Source: Macrostomum lignano (Eukaryota). Taken from it: a stretch of DNA of 64,000 nt. Within the stretch, counting starts at the first letter, position 1, and every line of letters starts with the position of its first letter. Shown piece by piece: positions 27,190 through 40,470 of this stretch. The notes under the pieces are model-generated. The model did not search any database, was not told the DNA's origin, and saw only the letters and a list, made by a program, of their open reading frames with translations. The stretch spans positions 125,422-189,421 of the forward strand of contig NIVC01002256.1 of NCBI GenBank assembly GCA_002269645.1, in the 5' to 3' direction. The position numbers were made by a program, and so were the translations under genes.

Positions 27190-28325
27190 GAGAGTCTTTT
27201 TATGACACTTGCGACTGTTGTGAGAGTCTCTAAAGACACTTGTGAGAGTCACTGAAGACAGCTGTCAAAGTCTCTAAAGTCACTCAATTCGAAGTCTCTA
27301 AAGACACTTGTGAGAATCTAAAAGACACTTGTGAGAATCTAAGACACTCATTTCGGAGTCTTTAAAGACACTTTTGAGAGTCTCTAAAGATACTTGTGAG
27401 AGTCTCTAAAGATACTTGTGAGAGTCTCTAAAGACACTTGTGAGAGGCTCTAAAGACACTTGTGAGAGGCTCTAAAGACACTTGTGAGAGTCGCTTAAGA
27501 CACTTGTGAGAGTCTCTCAAGACACTTGTGAATCTCTCAAGACACTTGTGAGAGTCTCTAAAGACACTTGTGTGAATCTCAAATATACACTTGTGTGAGT
27601 CTCTAAAGACACTTGTGTGAGTCTCTAAAGACACTTGTGAGAGTCACTGAAGACAGCTGTCAAAGTCTCTAAAGTCACTCAATTCGAAGTCTCTAAAGAC
27701 ACTTGTGAGAATCTAAAAGACACTTGTGAGAATCTAAGACACTCATTTCGGAGTCTTTAAAGACACTTTTGAGAGTCTCTAAAGATACTTGTGAGAGTCT
27801 CTAAAGATACTTGTGAGAGTCTCTAAAGACACTTGTGAGAGGCTCTAAAGACACTTGTGAGAGGCTCTAAAGACACTTGTGAGAGTCGCTTAAGACACTT
27901 GTGAGAGTCTCTCAAGACACTTGTGAATCTCTCAAGACACTTGTGAGAGTCTCTAAAGACACTTGTGTGAATCTCAAATATACACTTGTGTGAGTCTCTA
28001 AAGACACTTGTGTGAGTCTCTAAAGACACTTGTGTAAGTCTCTAAAGACACTTGTGCAAGTCTCTGAAGATACTTGTGAGAGTCTCTAAAGACACTTGTG
28101 TGAGTCTCTAAAGACACTTGTGTGAGTCTCTAAAGACACTTGTGTGAATCTCAAATACACTTGTTTGAATCTCTAAAGACACTTGTGTGAATCTCTAAAG
28201 ACACTTGTGTGAGTCTCTTAAGAAACTTTGCTTAAGTCTCTAAAGATACTCAGTTTGCGGTCTCTAAAGACACTTGTAAGAATCTCTAAAGACACTTGTA
28301 AGAATCTCTAAAGACACTTGCGTTG
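27190..28325. repeat. 22-bp minisatellite (GAGAGTCTCTAAAGACACTTGT), TRPM intron 1, with a 395-bp higher-order duplication
   Basis: Tandem units; a variant block repeats at offset 395 (27241 vs 27636). Confidence 0.95.
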
Positions 28326-28382
28326 CGTCTTTAAAGACAAAAGACTATATATCTGCATTCCCCTGTCTCACTACCGCCGCAG

Positions 28383-28656
28383 GTACATCCGTGTGGCTGA
28401 GGACACGGACCCGGCCCTGCTGCTACACGTGCTCACAAATGTTTGGCGCCTGCCGCTGCCAAAGCTGGTGCTCAGCGTTCACGGTGGCATGCAAAATTTT
28501 GAGCTGCAGCCCAGGCTGAGGCAGCTGGCTTTGAGCGGCCTGCTCAAAGCTGCTAAGACCACCGACGCCTGGCTTATCAGCACCGGCCTCGACAACGGCG
28601 TCTCCAGGCTGGTGGGCGAGGCCATCGGGGAGGAGGCGCGGGCCAGGGAGAATCGG
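28383..28656 (+). CDS. TRPM: TRPM channel, exon 2
   Basis: YIRVAEDTDP..WRLPLPKLVLSVHGG..LLKAAKTTDAWLIS. Confidence 0.95.
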
Positions 28657-28689
28657 GTGAGTGCTCTTTTCTGGTTCAAGGTCGGGTCA

Positions 28690-29290
28690 CAGATGGATCA
28701 GGGTTGAGTCATGGATGGGTCAAGATTGAGTCATGGGGAGGTCAGGGTTGTGTCATACATGGGTCAGAGTTGAGTCAGGGATGGGTTAATTTTGGGTCGT
28801 TGATGCGTCGTAGTTTGGGTCAGTGGAAGGTCATTTACATGTCAAAGATAAGTCAGGGATGAGTTGAGAGCTGGGTCAAGTCAAAGCTGGTTGAAGATAG
28901 GGTCCATGAGATGGGTCAATATAGGTTCAGAGATGGGTCAAGATAAGGTCCAGGAGATGGGCCAATATAGGGTCTGAGATGGTTCAAGATAGGGTCAGAG
29001 ATGGGTCCTGATAGGGTCCAGGAGATGGGTCAAGAAAGGGTCAGAGATGAGTCAAGAAAGAGTCAGAGATGAGCCAAGAAAGGGTCAGAGATGTGTCAGA
29101 AAGAGTCAGAGATGAGTCAAGAAAGGGTCAGAGATGAGTCAAGAAAGATTCAGAGATGAGTCAAGAAAGGGTCACAGATGAGTCAAGAAAGATTCAGAGA
29201 TGAGTCAAGAAAGGGTCAGAGATGAGTCAAGAAAGAGTCAGAGATGAGACAAGAAAGGGTCAGAGATGAGTTATGATAGGGTCTAGGAAA
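28690..29290. repeat. 22-bp minisatellite (AGAGATGAGTCAAGAAAGGGTC), TRPM intron 2
   Basis: Regular core at 29030-29270, degenerate flanks. Confidence 0.85.
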
Positions 29291-29466
29291 TGGATCAATA
29301 TTAACTGAGAAGCCAGTCAAGATTGTGCCAAGGATAGATCGAAGATGGTTCATAAATAGGTCATGATGATTATCTTGTAGATGAGTCCATATCAGAATTT
29401 GATTTGAGTTTGGGTCAGAAATGGGTCAGCCAAAGGTCGAACGAAAATGCAACTCCATTACTCCAG

Positions 29467-29886
29467 GTGTGTGCCATCGGCATCGCTCCCTGGGGAGTGA
29501 TCCGGGACCGCGACCAGCTGCTCGGCCGGAGCCGCACCTGCAAGTACTTCGCCATCAGTTCGGCAGGCAAATCTCTGTCCGTGCTGAACAGGTACCACAG
29601 CTACTTCCTACTGGTTGACGACGGCAGGTGCGGCTCTTACGGCACCGAGTCGCAGCTGCGGCGCAATCTGGAGCGCTACCTGTGCAGCCTGCGCCTGTGC
29701 AAGTCGCACTTTGGAGTCGGCCTGGACCGGGTGCCAGTGGTTGCCACCCTGCTGGAGGGCGGCGCCAGCGCTTTCCGACTGCTGTTGGACCTGACTCTGG
29801 GCAGCCCGCCTGTGCCCGTCGTGGTCTGCGATGGCAGCGGCCGGGCTGCCGACATTCTGGCGTTTGTGCACAAGTACAGCGACCAG
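29467..29886 (+). CDS. TRPM: TRPM channel, exon 3
   Basis: VCAIGIAPWG..LNRYHSYFLLVDDG..LEGG..PVPVVVCDGSGRAADILAF. Confidence 0.96.
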
Positions 29887-29924
29887 GTGAGAGCGGCGTT
29901 GCTTTAACTGCTCACTCTGTAGCA

Positions 29925-30163
29925 CACAACACAACCAGTGCTGAGAGGCAATTCTGCCCATTCCACTGACTCCTCAGCACATGCAGGCGTGCCAATAATG
30001 TACACAGGCACGCACTCACACAGGATACTTTCTAATCGTCAGATATGTACACTTGACATGTACGCTTTGCGGAGTTGGCCATCGTTGCTGTGAATCGCAT
30101 ATGACAGCTAATCTTCGTGCACACAAGCCGCAAATGACTGTGGCGCACGGAATCGAGCCTGGG
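29925..30163 (-). mobile_element. Decayed SINE of the same family as 1-233, TRPM intron 3
   Basis: Shares the body motif (gtacacaggcacgcactcacacagga) and the B-box complement GGAATCGAGCCTGGG; A box missing. Confidence 0.65.
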
Positions 30164-30261
30164 TCTGTGTGTGTCTGTCTACCTACACTTTAGGAGGTAG
30201 GTAGCTATGCGTTTCTTTGTTTGTGTGCGTCTGTGTCTGTGTGCGTCTCTCTTTGTGTGTC

Positions 30262-30326
30262 TCACTCTCCCTCTCTCTCTCTCCCTCTCTCTCTCTCACT
30301 CTCTCTCTCACTCTCTCTCTTTTCCC

Positions 30327-30360
<34 letters not shown>

Positions 30361-30362
30361 CC

Positions 30363-30452
<90 letters not shown>

Positions 30453-30508
30453 TCTCCCTCTCCCTCTCTCTCTCCCTCTCTCTCTCTCTCTCCCTCTCTC
30501 TCTCCCTC

Positions 30509-30550
<42 letters not shown>

Positions 30551-30604
30551 TCTCCCTCTCCCTCTCTCTCTCCCTCTCTCTCTCTCTCTCCCTCTCTCTC
30601 TCTC

Positions 30605-30658
<54 letters not shown>

Positions 30659-30779
30659 CCCCCCTCTCTCTCTCTCTTCTCCCTCTCTCTCTCTCTCCTC
30701 TCTCCCTCTCTCTCTCTCTCTCTCTCTACCTCTCTCTCTCTCCTCTCCCCCCTCTCTCTCTCTCTTCTCCCTCTCTCTC

Positions 30780-30851
<72 letters not shown>

Positions 30852-30873
30852 CCCCCTCCCTCTCTCCTCCCCC

Positions 30874-30962
<89 letters not shown>

Positions 30963-31086
30963 TCTCCCCCCTCTCTCTCTCTCTTCTCCCTCTCTCTCCC
31001 TCTCTCCCTCTCTCTCTCTCTCTCTCTACTCTCTCTCTCTCCCCCTCCCCCCCCCTCTTCTCTCTCTCTCTCCCTTCTCTCTCTCT

Positions 31087-31139
<53 letters not shown>

Positions 31140-31181
31140 TCTCTCTCCCTCTCCCCTCTCTCTCCTCCCTCTCTTCTCTCT

Positions 31182-31235
<54 letters not shown>

Positions 31236-31287
31236 TCTCTCTCTCTCTCTCTCTCCCCTCTTCCCCCCTCCCCCCTCTCTCTCCTCC

Positions 31288-31357
<70 letters not shown>

Positions 31358-31377
31358 CTCTCTCCTTCCTCCTCCCT

Positions 31378-31423
<46 letters not shown>

Positions 31424-31599
31424 TCTCTCTCTCTCTCTCCCTCCTCTCTCTCTCTTTCTCTCTTCTCTCTCTCTCTACCTCTCTCTCTCTCTCTTCTCCC
31501 TCTCTCTCTCTCTCTCTCTCTCTTCTTCTCTCTCTCTCTCTCCCTCTCTCCTCTCTCTCTCCCCCCTTCTCTCTCTCTCTCTCTCTCTCTCCCTTCTCT

Positions 31600-31637
<38 letters not shown>

Positions 31638-31702
31638 TCCCCCCCCTCTCTCTCTCTCCCTTCTCCCCCTCTCTCTCTTCTTCTCCTTCTCTCTCCCTCT
31701 CT

Positions 31703-31743
<41 letters not shown>

Positions 31744-31770
31744 TCTCTCTCCCTCTCCCCCCTCTTCTCC

Positions 31771-31803
<33 letters not shown>

Positions 31804-31879
31804 CTCACTCTCTCTCTCTCTCTCCCTCTCTCCCTCTCTCTCCCCTCTCTTCTCTCCCTCTCTTCTCTCTCTCTCCCTC

Positions 31880-31922
<43 letters not shown>

Positions 31923-32038
31923 CCTCTCCCCCCCTCTCTCTCTCTCTTCTCCCTCTCTCTCTCCCTCTCTCCCTCTCTCTCTCTCTCTCTCTCTACCTCT
32001 CTCTCTCCCTCTCCCCCCCTCTCTCTCTCTCTTCTCCC

Positions 32039-32090
<52 letters not shown>

Positions 32091-32127
32091 CCCTCTCTCT
32101 CTCCCTCTCCCCCCTCTCTCTCCCTCC

Positions 32128-32195
<68 letters not shown>

Positions 32196-32249
32196 CTCCT
32201 CTCTCTCTTTCTCTCTTCTCTCTCTCTACCTCTCTCTCTCTCTCTTTCC

Positions 32250-32311
<62 letters not shown>

Positions 32312-32327
32312 TCTCCCTCTCTCTCCC

Positions 32328-32380
<53 letters not shown>

Positions 32381-32436
32381 CTCCCTCTCTCTCTTTCTCT
32401 CTTCTCTCTCTCTACCTCTCTCTCTCTCTCTTCTCC

Positions 32437-32492
<56 letters not shown>

Positions 32493-32509
32493 TCTCCCTC
32501 TCTCTCCCC

Positions 32510-32548
<39 letters not shown>

Positions 32549-32630
32549 CTCTCTCCCTCTCTCTCCCCCTCTCTCTCTCTCTCTCTCTCTCTCTTCCCTT
32601 CTCTCTCTCTCCCTCTCTCCCTCTCTCCCC

Positions 32631-32688
<58 letters not shown>

Positions 32689-32700
32689 TCTCTCTCTCTC
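30262..32700. repeat. ~2.4-kb (CT)n-rich polypyrimidine tract, TRPM intron 3
   Basis: Almost purely C/T. Confidence 0.98.
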
Positions 32701-33334
32701 GTCAGCTATGCGCTTGCCGCTGAGCTGCTCTGGCCAAGCTGCGAGTCTGGCAGCGAAATCGACTCAACTAGTGGATTTTCGAGTTTTGATTATTAAGTGA
32801 GGGATTAGTGCAGGCTATCCAATGCCTACCCGACTGCATATACAGCTATGATTATTATTATTCTATACACTGTTGAGCAAGCTTCTAATATTTTATTCTC
32901 ATTTGGGACTTTGCTAAGAAACTGATTGACTTGACTGGAGGAGACTCCCTTCCTGTTGGTCAGCTAAAAATGAAGTGTGTCTCGGTGTCATGGACCTCTT
33001 CGATGGGGCTGCCAATCAAGAAGCTATATTGATTTTTTCTTGCCTAAGCTTCTGCTGGAGAGGGTGCGGCAGCCTTTCAAGTCTTCCGGAGAGCTCTGAA
33101 TTTGAGCTGAGCACACTTGAGAGCTTTCTGCCTGTTTCGTTGCACTTGGATCAACTATATTTTTCGGCAGAAAGGAAGCCTTTTCAAGAGCAGGTGTTTT
33201 CTCTGGCCTGAATTTCTCATGAGTGTATTGATGGGACTTGTGCTTAAAACCTCACTTGAGAAACCGATGATGATGATGGGAATAAGAAATCTGACTTCTG
33301 TTTTTTAGTTTGCTTTTGTACTGTCTGTGATATG

Positions 33335-34447
33335 TATGTGCATCTCAGTGCTGTGTCTGTGCATCTCAGTGCTGTGTCTGTGCATCTCAGTGCTGTGTCT
33401 GTGCATCTCAGTGCTGTGTCTGTGCATCTCAGTGCTGTGTCTGTGCATCTCAGTGCTGTGTCTGTGCATCTCTGTGCTGTGTCTGTGCATCTCTGTGCTG
33501 TGTCTGTGCATCTCAGTGCTGTGTCTGTGCATCTCAGTGCTGTGTCTGTGCATCTCTGTGCTGTGTCTGTGCATCTCAGTGCTGTGTCTGTGCATCTCAG
33601 TGCTGTGTCTGTGCATCTCAGTGCTGTGTCTGTGCATCTCAGTGCTGTGTCTGTGCATCTCTGTGCTGTGTCTGTGCATCTCTGTGCTGTGTCTGTGCAT
33701 CTCAGTGCTGTGTCTGTGCATCTCAGTGCTGTGTCTGTGCATCTCAGTGCTGTGTCTGTGCATCTCAGTGCTGTGTCTGTGCATCTCTGTGCTGTGTCTG
33801 TGCATCTCAGTGCTGTGTCTGTGCATCTCAGTGCTGTGTCTGTGCATCTCAGTGCTGTGTCTGTGCATCTCTGTGCTGTGTCTGTGCATCTCAGTGCTGT
33901 GTCTGTGCTGTGTCTGTGCATCTCTGTGCTGTGTCTGTGCATCTCTGTGCTGTGTCTGTGCGCATCTCAGTGCTGTGTCTGTGCTGTGTCTGTGCATCTC
34001 TGTGCTGTGTCTGTGCATCTCTGTGCTGTGTCTGTGCATCTCAGTGCTGTGTCTGTGCATCTCAGTGCTGTGTCTGTGCATCTCAGTGCTGTGTCGGTGC
34101 ATCTCAGTGCTGTGTCGGTGCATCTCAGTGCTGTGTCTGTGCATCTCAGTGCTGTGTCTGTGCTGTGTCTGTGCATCTCTGTGCTGTGTCTGTGCATCTC
34201 TGTGCTGTGTCTGTGCATCTCAGTGCTGTGTCTGTGCATCTCAGTGCTGTGTCTGTGCATCTCAGTGCTGTGTCTGTGCATCTCAGTGCTGTGTCTGTGC
34301 ATCTCAGTGCTGTGTCTGTGCATCTCTGTGCTGTGTCTGTGCATCTCTGTGCTGTGTCTGTGCATCTCTGTGCTGTGTCTGTGCATCTCTGTGCTGTGTC
34401 TGTGCATCTCAGTGCTGTGTCTGTGCATCTCTGTGCTGTCTATATAA

Positions 34448-34519
<72 letters not shown>

Positions 34520-34520
34520 T
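33335..34520. repeat. 21-bp minisatellite (GTGCTGTGTCTGTGCATCTCW), ~52 copies, followed by (ATCT)n, TRPM intron 3
   Basis: Tandem units; (ATCT)n at ~34447-34520. Confidence 0.96.
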
Positions 34521-34889
34521 TATCTGTGCCTTAATCGTTTCCGGTGATCTTGTGTGCGTGCTTTCAGCTTGATTGGCTGCGGCAAGCAAGCTCGAAAGAG
34601 CTCGCTTCGCTCGCTCTTTCTCGCTATCTACTATCTATCTATCTATCTATTTATCTGTGTCTGTGCTGTGTCTGCCCTGTGTCTGTGCATCTCTGTCCTG
34701 TGTCTGCCCTGTGTCTGTGCATCTCTGTCCTGTGTCCTGTCCTGTGTAAAACTGTCCGTATGTCTGAACATCCCTCTAGAAGCATTTAAACCTGTAAATC
34801 ATACATTGTGTCAAGTTTCAGTTCGATACATATCGGTAAATAGTCCAGCAGTTACTAATAGACTATCACTCCCTAACAAATGAATGCAG

Positions 34890-35355
34890 GTGCTAAGCCA
34901 GCCCGATCTCAGCAACCAGCTGGTAGATCTCATAGAGAGCAAGTTCCATCTCAGCCGGGCACAGTCTGTCGCAGTGATCCAGGAGCTCCGCATGTGCTTC
35001 CTTGGCCCCGGCCGGTTGCTTATCTTCGTGTTCCGGCCGGGCGAAGGCGTCTTCAAAGATCTGGACGATGCGATTCTCACCTCTCTGTTGACTTCGCAGC
35101 GTCTGTCGCGTGCCAGCCAGCTGAAGCTGACCATGGCCTGGGACCGGATGGACCTGGCCCGTTCGCACCTGTTCCAGTACGGCCAGGATTGGAAACCTGC
35201 GGATCTGGACAGGGCCATGATGGAGGCGCTGATGAATGATCGAATCGATTTTATTCGCCTGTTCCTCGAATGGGGCGTCAATGTGCAGCGGTTTCTAACT
35301 CGGATCAGGCTTGAAGAGCTGTACTCGTTCTGTTTGTACAGCGACGAGTCTAAGA
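34890..35355 (+). CDS. TRPM: TRPM channel, exon 4
   Basis: DLDDAILTSLL..LTMAWDRMDLARSHLF..ALMNDRIDFIRLFLEWGV..RLEELY. Confidence 0.95.
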
Positions 35356-35425
35356 GTGAGCGTCATTATATGGGCATGACCTTGATTTGAAGCTTTTATC
35401 AAGTAATGTCCTCGATTGTCCTTTG

Positions 35426-36128
35426 TGAGGCCATGACCCTAATTTGGTGTCATTATGGGGTCATGATCCTAATTTGGTGTTATTATGAGGCCATGATCCT
35501 AATTTGGTGTTATTATGAGGCCATGATCCTAATTTGGTGTTATTATGAGGCCATGATCCTAATTTGGTGTTTTTATGAGGTCATGATCCTAATTTGGTGT
35601 TATTATGAGGCCATGACCCTAGTTTGGTGCTATTATGAAGCCATGACACTAATTTGGTGTTTTTATGAGGCCATGATCCTAATTTGGTATTATTATGAGG
35701 TCATGATCCTAATTTGGTATTATTATGAGGTCATGATCCTAATTTGGTATTATTATGAGGTCATGATCCTAATTTGGTGTTATTATGAGGCCATGACCCT
35801 AGTTTGGTGCTATTATGAAGCCATGACACTAATTTGGTGTTTTTATGAGGCCATGATCCTAATTTGGTATTATTATGAGGTCATGATCCTAATTTGGTAT
35901 TATTATGAGGTCATGATCCTAATTTGGTATTATTATGAGGTCATGATCCTAATTTGGTGTTATTATGAGACCATGACCCTAGTTTGGTGTCATTATGAGA
36001 CCATGACCCTAATTTGGTGTTTTTATGAGACCATGACCCTAATTTGGTGTTATTATGAGACCATGACCCTAATTTGGTGTTATTATGAGACCATGACCCT
36101 AATTTGGTGTTATAATGAGGCCATGACC
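35426..36128. repeat. 30-bp minisatellite (TGAGGCCATGATCCTAATTTGGTGTTATTA), TRPM intron 4
   Basis: About 23 tandem units. Confidence 0.96.
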
Positions 36129-36353
36129 CAACGTCGTGCTTTTCTTTGAGTCGTAACCCGAATGTGCTGTTTTTTCTTGGGGTGGTGCTTTTTCTTGGGA
36201 AACACAGACCCGATTCACCCCGAAAGGTGACCCGATTGACGCTGTATGGTCATGACGACCCGATTGAACTCCCTGGAAGTCGCAAATTCATAAATTATAA
36301 CCAGTTGGTGCAGATAAAGCAGTGTAAATTAAATAAACACAATAATTGCCCAG

Positions 36354-36554
36354 GCGGTCACGACAAGCACCTTCGCCGATTGCTCAAGCGCACCCTGCCC
36401 AAGTACTCCGGCAGGCACAGGCACCGACTCTCGCTGTACATTGTTGGCCGCCTGATCCAAGAGCTCATTGGCGGCGGCTACACGCACGAGTACACTCGGC
36501 GATACGCCAATTCTAAGGCCCCATTGGCGCCCTGGTCCGCCTCCGAGAGCAAGG
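36354..36554 (+). CDS. TRPM: TRPM channel, exon 5
   Basis: RLSLYIVGRLIQELIGGGYTHEYTR matches TRPM [24 protein letters not shown]; phases 1/1 fit. Confidence 0.9.
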
Positions 36555-36644
36555 GTAAAGCGCTCTAACTTCTAAGTCATCTTTCTTGTGTTCTGGGTGA
36601 CCTATCGCTACCCTGAGCGACTATTCTCAATACCGAGTATCCCA

Positions 36645-37445
36645 ATCCTTATACTCCCAATCCGAACAGACCTATATTCCCAATCCGGAGTGACCTATAT
36701 CCTCAATCCGGAGTGACCTATCCTCAATCCGGAGTGACGTATATTTCCAATCCAGAGTGACCTATATCCTCAATTCGGAGTGACGTATATCCCCAATCCG
36801 GAGTGACCTATCCTCAATCCGGAATGACCTATATCCCCAATCCGGAGTGACATGTATCCTCAATCTAGAGTGACCTGTATCCCTAATTCAGAGTGACCTG
36901 TATCCCAATCCAGGGTGACCTGTATTCATAATCCAGAGTGACCTGTATCCCTAATCCAGAGTGACCTGTATTCCTAATTCAGAGTGACCTGTATTCCTAA
37001 TTCAGAGTGACCTGTATTCCTAATCCAAAGTGACCTGTATCCCTAATCCAGGGTGACCTGTATTCATAATCCAGAGTGACCTGTATCCCTAATCCAAAGT
37101 GACCTGTATCCCTAATTCAGAGTGACCTGTATCCCTAATTCAGAGTGACCTGTATCCCTAATTCAGAGTGACCTGTATCCCTAATTCAGAGTGACCTGTA
37201 TCCCTAATTCAGAGTGACCTGTATCCCTAATTCAGAGTGACCTGTATCCCTAATTCAGAGTGACCTGTATCCCTAATTCAGAGTGACCTGTATCCCTAAT
37301 TCAGAGTGACCTGTATCCCTAATTCAGAGTGACCTGTATCCCTAATTCAGAGTGACCTGTATCCCTAATCCAGAGTGACCTGTATCCCTAAATCCAAAGC
37401 GACCCATATCCTAATCCAGAGTGACCTATGTCCAATCCGGAGTGA
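36645..37445. repeat. 23-bp minisatellite (CAGAGTGACCTGTATCCCTAATT), TRPM intron 5
   Basis: Tandem units. Confidence 0.95.
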
Positions 37446-37494
37446 ACTATATCTCCGCCAATCTCCTCACTTTCATAAAACTAAGCTGCTCCAG

Positions 37495-38050
37495 ATGTCG
37501 CCCTGGGAACAGCCGCCGCCGCCAGCCCATCAGCTGCCGCCCCATCAACCGCAGCGGCTACGCCAGCAAACGCCAATGTTTTCTTTAGCGGCCTCCGCAA
37601 CGTCCGATCTCGACTTGGCATCAACCCGGAAGAAGAACCGCCTTTGCAGCTGAAGCAGAGCGACTTCCGCTTTCCTTACTCGGACCTCATGACCTGGGCG
37701 GTGCTGTGCCGCCGTTACACCCTCGCCTGGTTTTTCCTTCAATGCGGCGAAGACTCCACAGCCAAGGCGCTGTACGCGGCCGCGCTTCTGCGCGCTATCG
37801 CCGCCCGAGTCGACGAGGACGTCCAATCTGAGTATCACCTGGAGCTGGCCGACTGGGCTGACAAATACGAGACCGAAGCCCTAGCCATGCTGGACCACTG
37901 CCACAGGTTCGATCCCAGGCGGGCCAGGCGCCTCGTCACCTACCGGCTGGCGGAGTTCGGCGGGCACACCTGCATGAGCCTGGCCTACACGTCTAGAAGT
38001 ATGCGCTTTCTCAGCCACGCCTGCCCGCAGGTTATCCTCAATGACCTTTG
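37495..38050 (+). CDS. TRPM: TRPM channel, exon 6
   Basis: FRFPYSDLMTWAVL..AKALYAAAL..FGGHTCMSLA..FLSHACPQVILNDLW (MHR4). Confidence 0.93.
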
Positions 38051-38054
38051 GTGA

Positions 38055-40440
38055 GCTGCCTGTCTGTCTACCTGCCAATTTACCTGCCTATCTGCCTGTC
38101 TGTCTACCTGCCTATCCACCTGCCTATCTGCCTGTCTATCCACCTGCCTATTTACTTGCCTATCTGCCTTTCTGTCTACCTGCCTATCCACCTGCCTATT
38201 TACTTGCCTATCTACCTACCTGCTTGTCTACCTGCCTATCTACCTGCCTATCTACCTGCCTATCTACTTGCCTATTTGCCTACCTGCTTGTCTACCTGCC
38301 TATCTACCTGCCTATCTACCTGCCTATCTACCTGCCTATCTACCTGTCTATCCACCTGCTTGTCTACCTGCCTATCTACCTGCCTATCTACCTGCCTATC
38401 TACTTGCCTATTTGCCTACCTGCTTGTCTACCTGCCTATCTACCTGCCTATCTACCTGCCTATCTACCTGCCTATCTACCTGCCTATCTACCCGTCTATC
38501 TACCTGCCTATCTACCTGACTATCTACCTGCCTATCTACTTGCCTATCTACCTGCCTATCTACTTGCCTATCTACCTGCCTATCTACCTGCCTATCTACC
38601 TGCCTATCTACTTGCCTATCTACCTGCCTATCTACCTGCCTATCTACCTGCCTATCTATCTGTCTATCCACCTGCCTATCTACTTGCCTATCTACCTGCC
38701 TATCCACCTGCCTATCTACTTGCCTATCTACCTGCCTATCTACCTGCTTGTCTACCTGCCTATCTACCTGCCTATCTACCTATCTATCTACCTGCCTATC
38801 TACCGTTTCTGCCTATCTACCTGTCTATCCACCTGCCTATCTACTTGCCTATCTACCTGCCTATCTACCTGCTTGTCTACCTGCCTATCTACCTGCCTAT
38901 CTACTTGCCTATCTACCTGCCTATCTACCGTTTCTGCCTATCTACCTGTCTATCCACCTGCCTATCTACCTGCCTATCTACCTGCTTGTCTACCTGCCTA
39001 TCTACCTGCCTATCTACCTGTCTATCTACCTATCTTTCTACCTGCCTATCTACCTGCCTATCTACCTATCTATCTACCTACCTATCTACCTATCTATCTA
39101 CCTACCTATCTACCTACCTATCTACCTGGGTCTATAAAATCTGCTAGCAGGAATTTGCTGACCGAACTTCTTGCAACCGGCGTCAAAAGATTGCTTGTTT
39201 TCTGGCAATGGCAATGCATTGTTTTAGCTAAAAAAATCCAGAGAAGTGGGTAAAAATCCCAAATATTTTATAACTAAAAGCATCAGCATCAGTTCAAGTG
39301 CTTGGAAAGTCAGTTTGTCATTGTGGGGGACAGAATACTCTCAAGTCGCAATCAAACAGTAGTTGAATTCCTTACTGAACTGTCATTCAGTAAGTATGTA
39401 CTGAATCAGTAAGTACTCTACCTGATCCTTGGTCTGGGCCCGGAATAAGTGAGTGGCACAAACAACAGAAAAAGCAGAAAAACTTCACATGCCTACAGTT
39501 TCTTTTTCGATTGAGTTACAGAGTTGAAACTTTACATTTAGATACAGAATGAGTCAATGTGAAGAATTGTATCAAGTTTGAAGTCAATCGCTGTACGTGG
39601 AGCAAACTTATGGCAGCTGAAAGTTAGTTAATTTTAAACCCCTTTCACACATCTGTCCAGTGGTCAGGAAGGAGATCAGAGAGGCGGAGGTTGGGGTGGC
39701 TGTCTCGCTGACGAAAAGCAGACCAACTTTAAAAGTACACAGTGCCGTTCAGAATTAACTTCGAGACTCGAAACTTTATACACGATTGTGTCAAAATAGT
39801 TGAAAATTGGATTGTGTCCGATTTGAAGAGGATTGGTAAAGGTAAAAGTGGAGCGACGCTATAGAGGATTTAGTTAAATTCTTGCGAAACTGGACAAGCA
39901 AATTGTCTCTAGCTGATTACAACTTCCTGAGTTCAGCTAGCCAAATTGCTGCTTGCCGGTTTTGGTTGGATTCTCGCTAGCAGATTTCGGCTAGCTAAAT
40001 TCTCGCTAGCAAAATTCCTGCTAGCAAATCTCGGCTAGCAAACCTCGGCTAGCAGATTTCCTGCTAGCAAATCTCGTACTCCCATCTACCTATCTATTTA
40101 CTTGCTAATCTGCCTGCCTACCTACCTGTCTATCTACCTGTCTATCTACCTGTCCATCTACCTGCCTATCTACCTGTCCATCTACCTGCCTATCTACCTA
40201 TCTATCTATCTACCTATCTATCTACCTACTTATCTGCCTGTCTATCTACCTGCCCATCTACCTGCCTATCTACCTGCCTATCTACCTGCCTATCTACCTG
40301 CCTATCTACCTGCCTATCTACCTGCCTATCTACCTGCCTATCTACCTGTCTATCTACCTTTGCTTTCCTATCTGCCTGTCTATCTAAGGTGTCTGTCTAT
40401 CTACCAGCCTTTCTATCGACCTATCTACCTGACTACCACA
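38055..40440. repeat. 12-bp (CTATCTACCTGC)-type repeat, TRPM intron 6, split by a TIR element
   Basis: Arrays at 38055-39127 and 40084-40440. Confidence 0.93.
39128..40083. mobile_element. Non-autonomous TIR DNA transposon inside the intron-6 repeat
   Basis: Termini GGGTCTATAAAATCTGCTAGCAGGAA vs reverse complement GGGAGTACGAGATTTGCTAGCAGGAA (20/26); subterminal GCTAGCA repeats; ATCTACCT on both flanks (weak evidence, since it lies within the repeat). Confidence 0.7.
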
Positions 40441-40470
40441 TATACGCCAGCCTTAATCCCCAACCCTCAG

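Noticed and set aside
30207-32800. 838-859-aa Leu/Ser ORFs
   Set aside because: Translation of the (CT)n tract inside TRPM intron 3.
32706-33240. Extra TRPM exon between the CT tract and the 21-bp array
   Set aside because: Exon 3 joins 34890 in frame with TRPM homology and no gap; this segment has no TRPM similarity.
33244-39253. Repetitive ORFs (MHRHSTE, ILIWCYYEA, YLPA)
   Set aside because: Products of intronic minisatellites.
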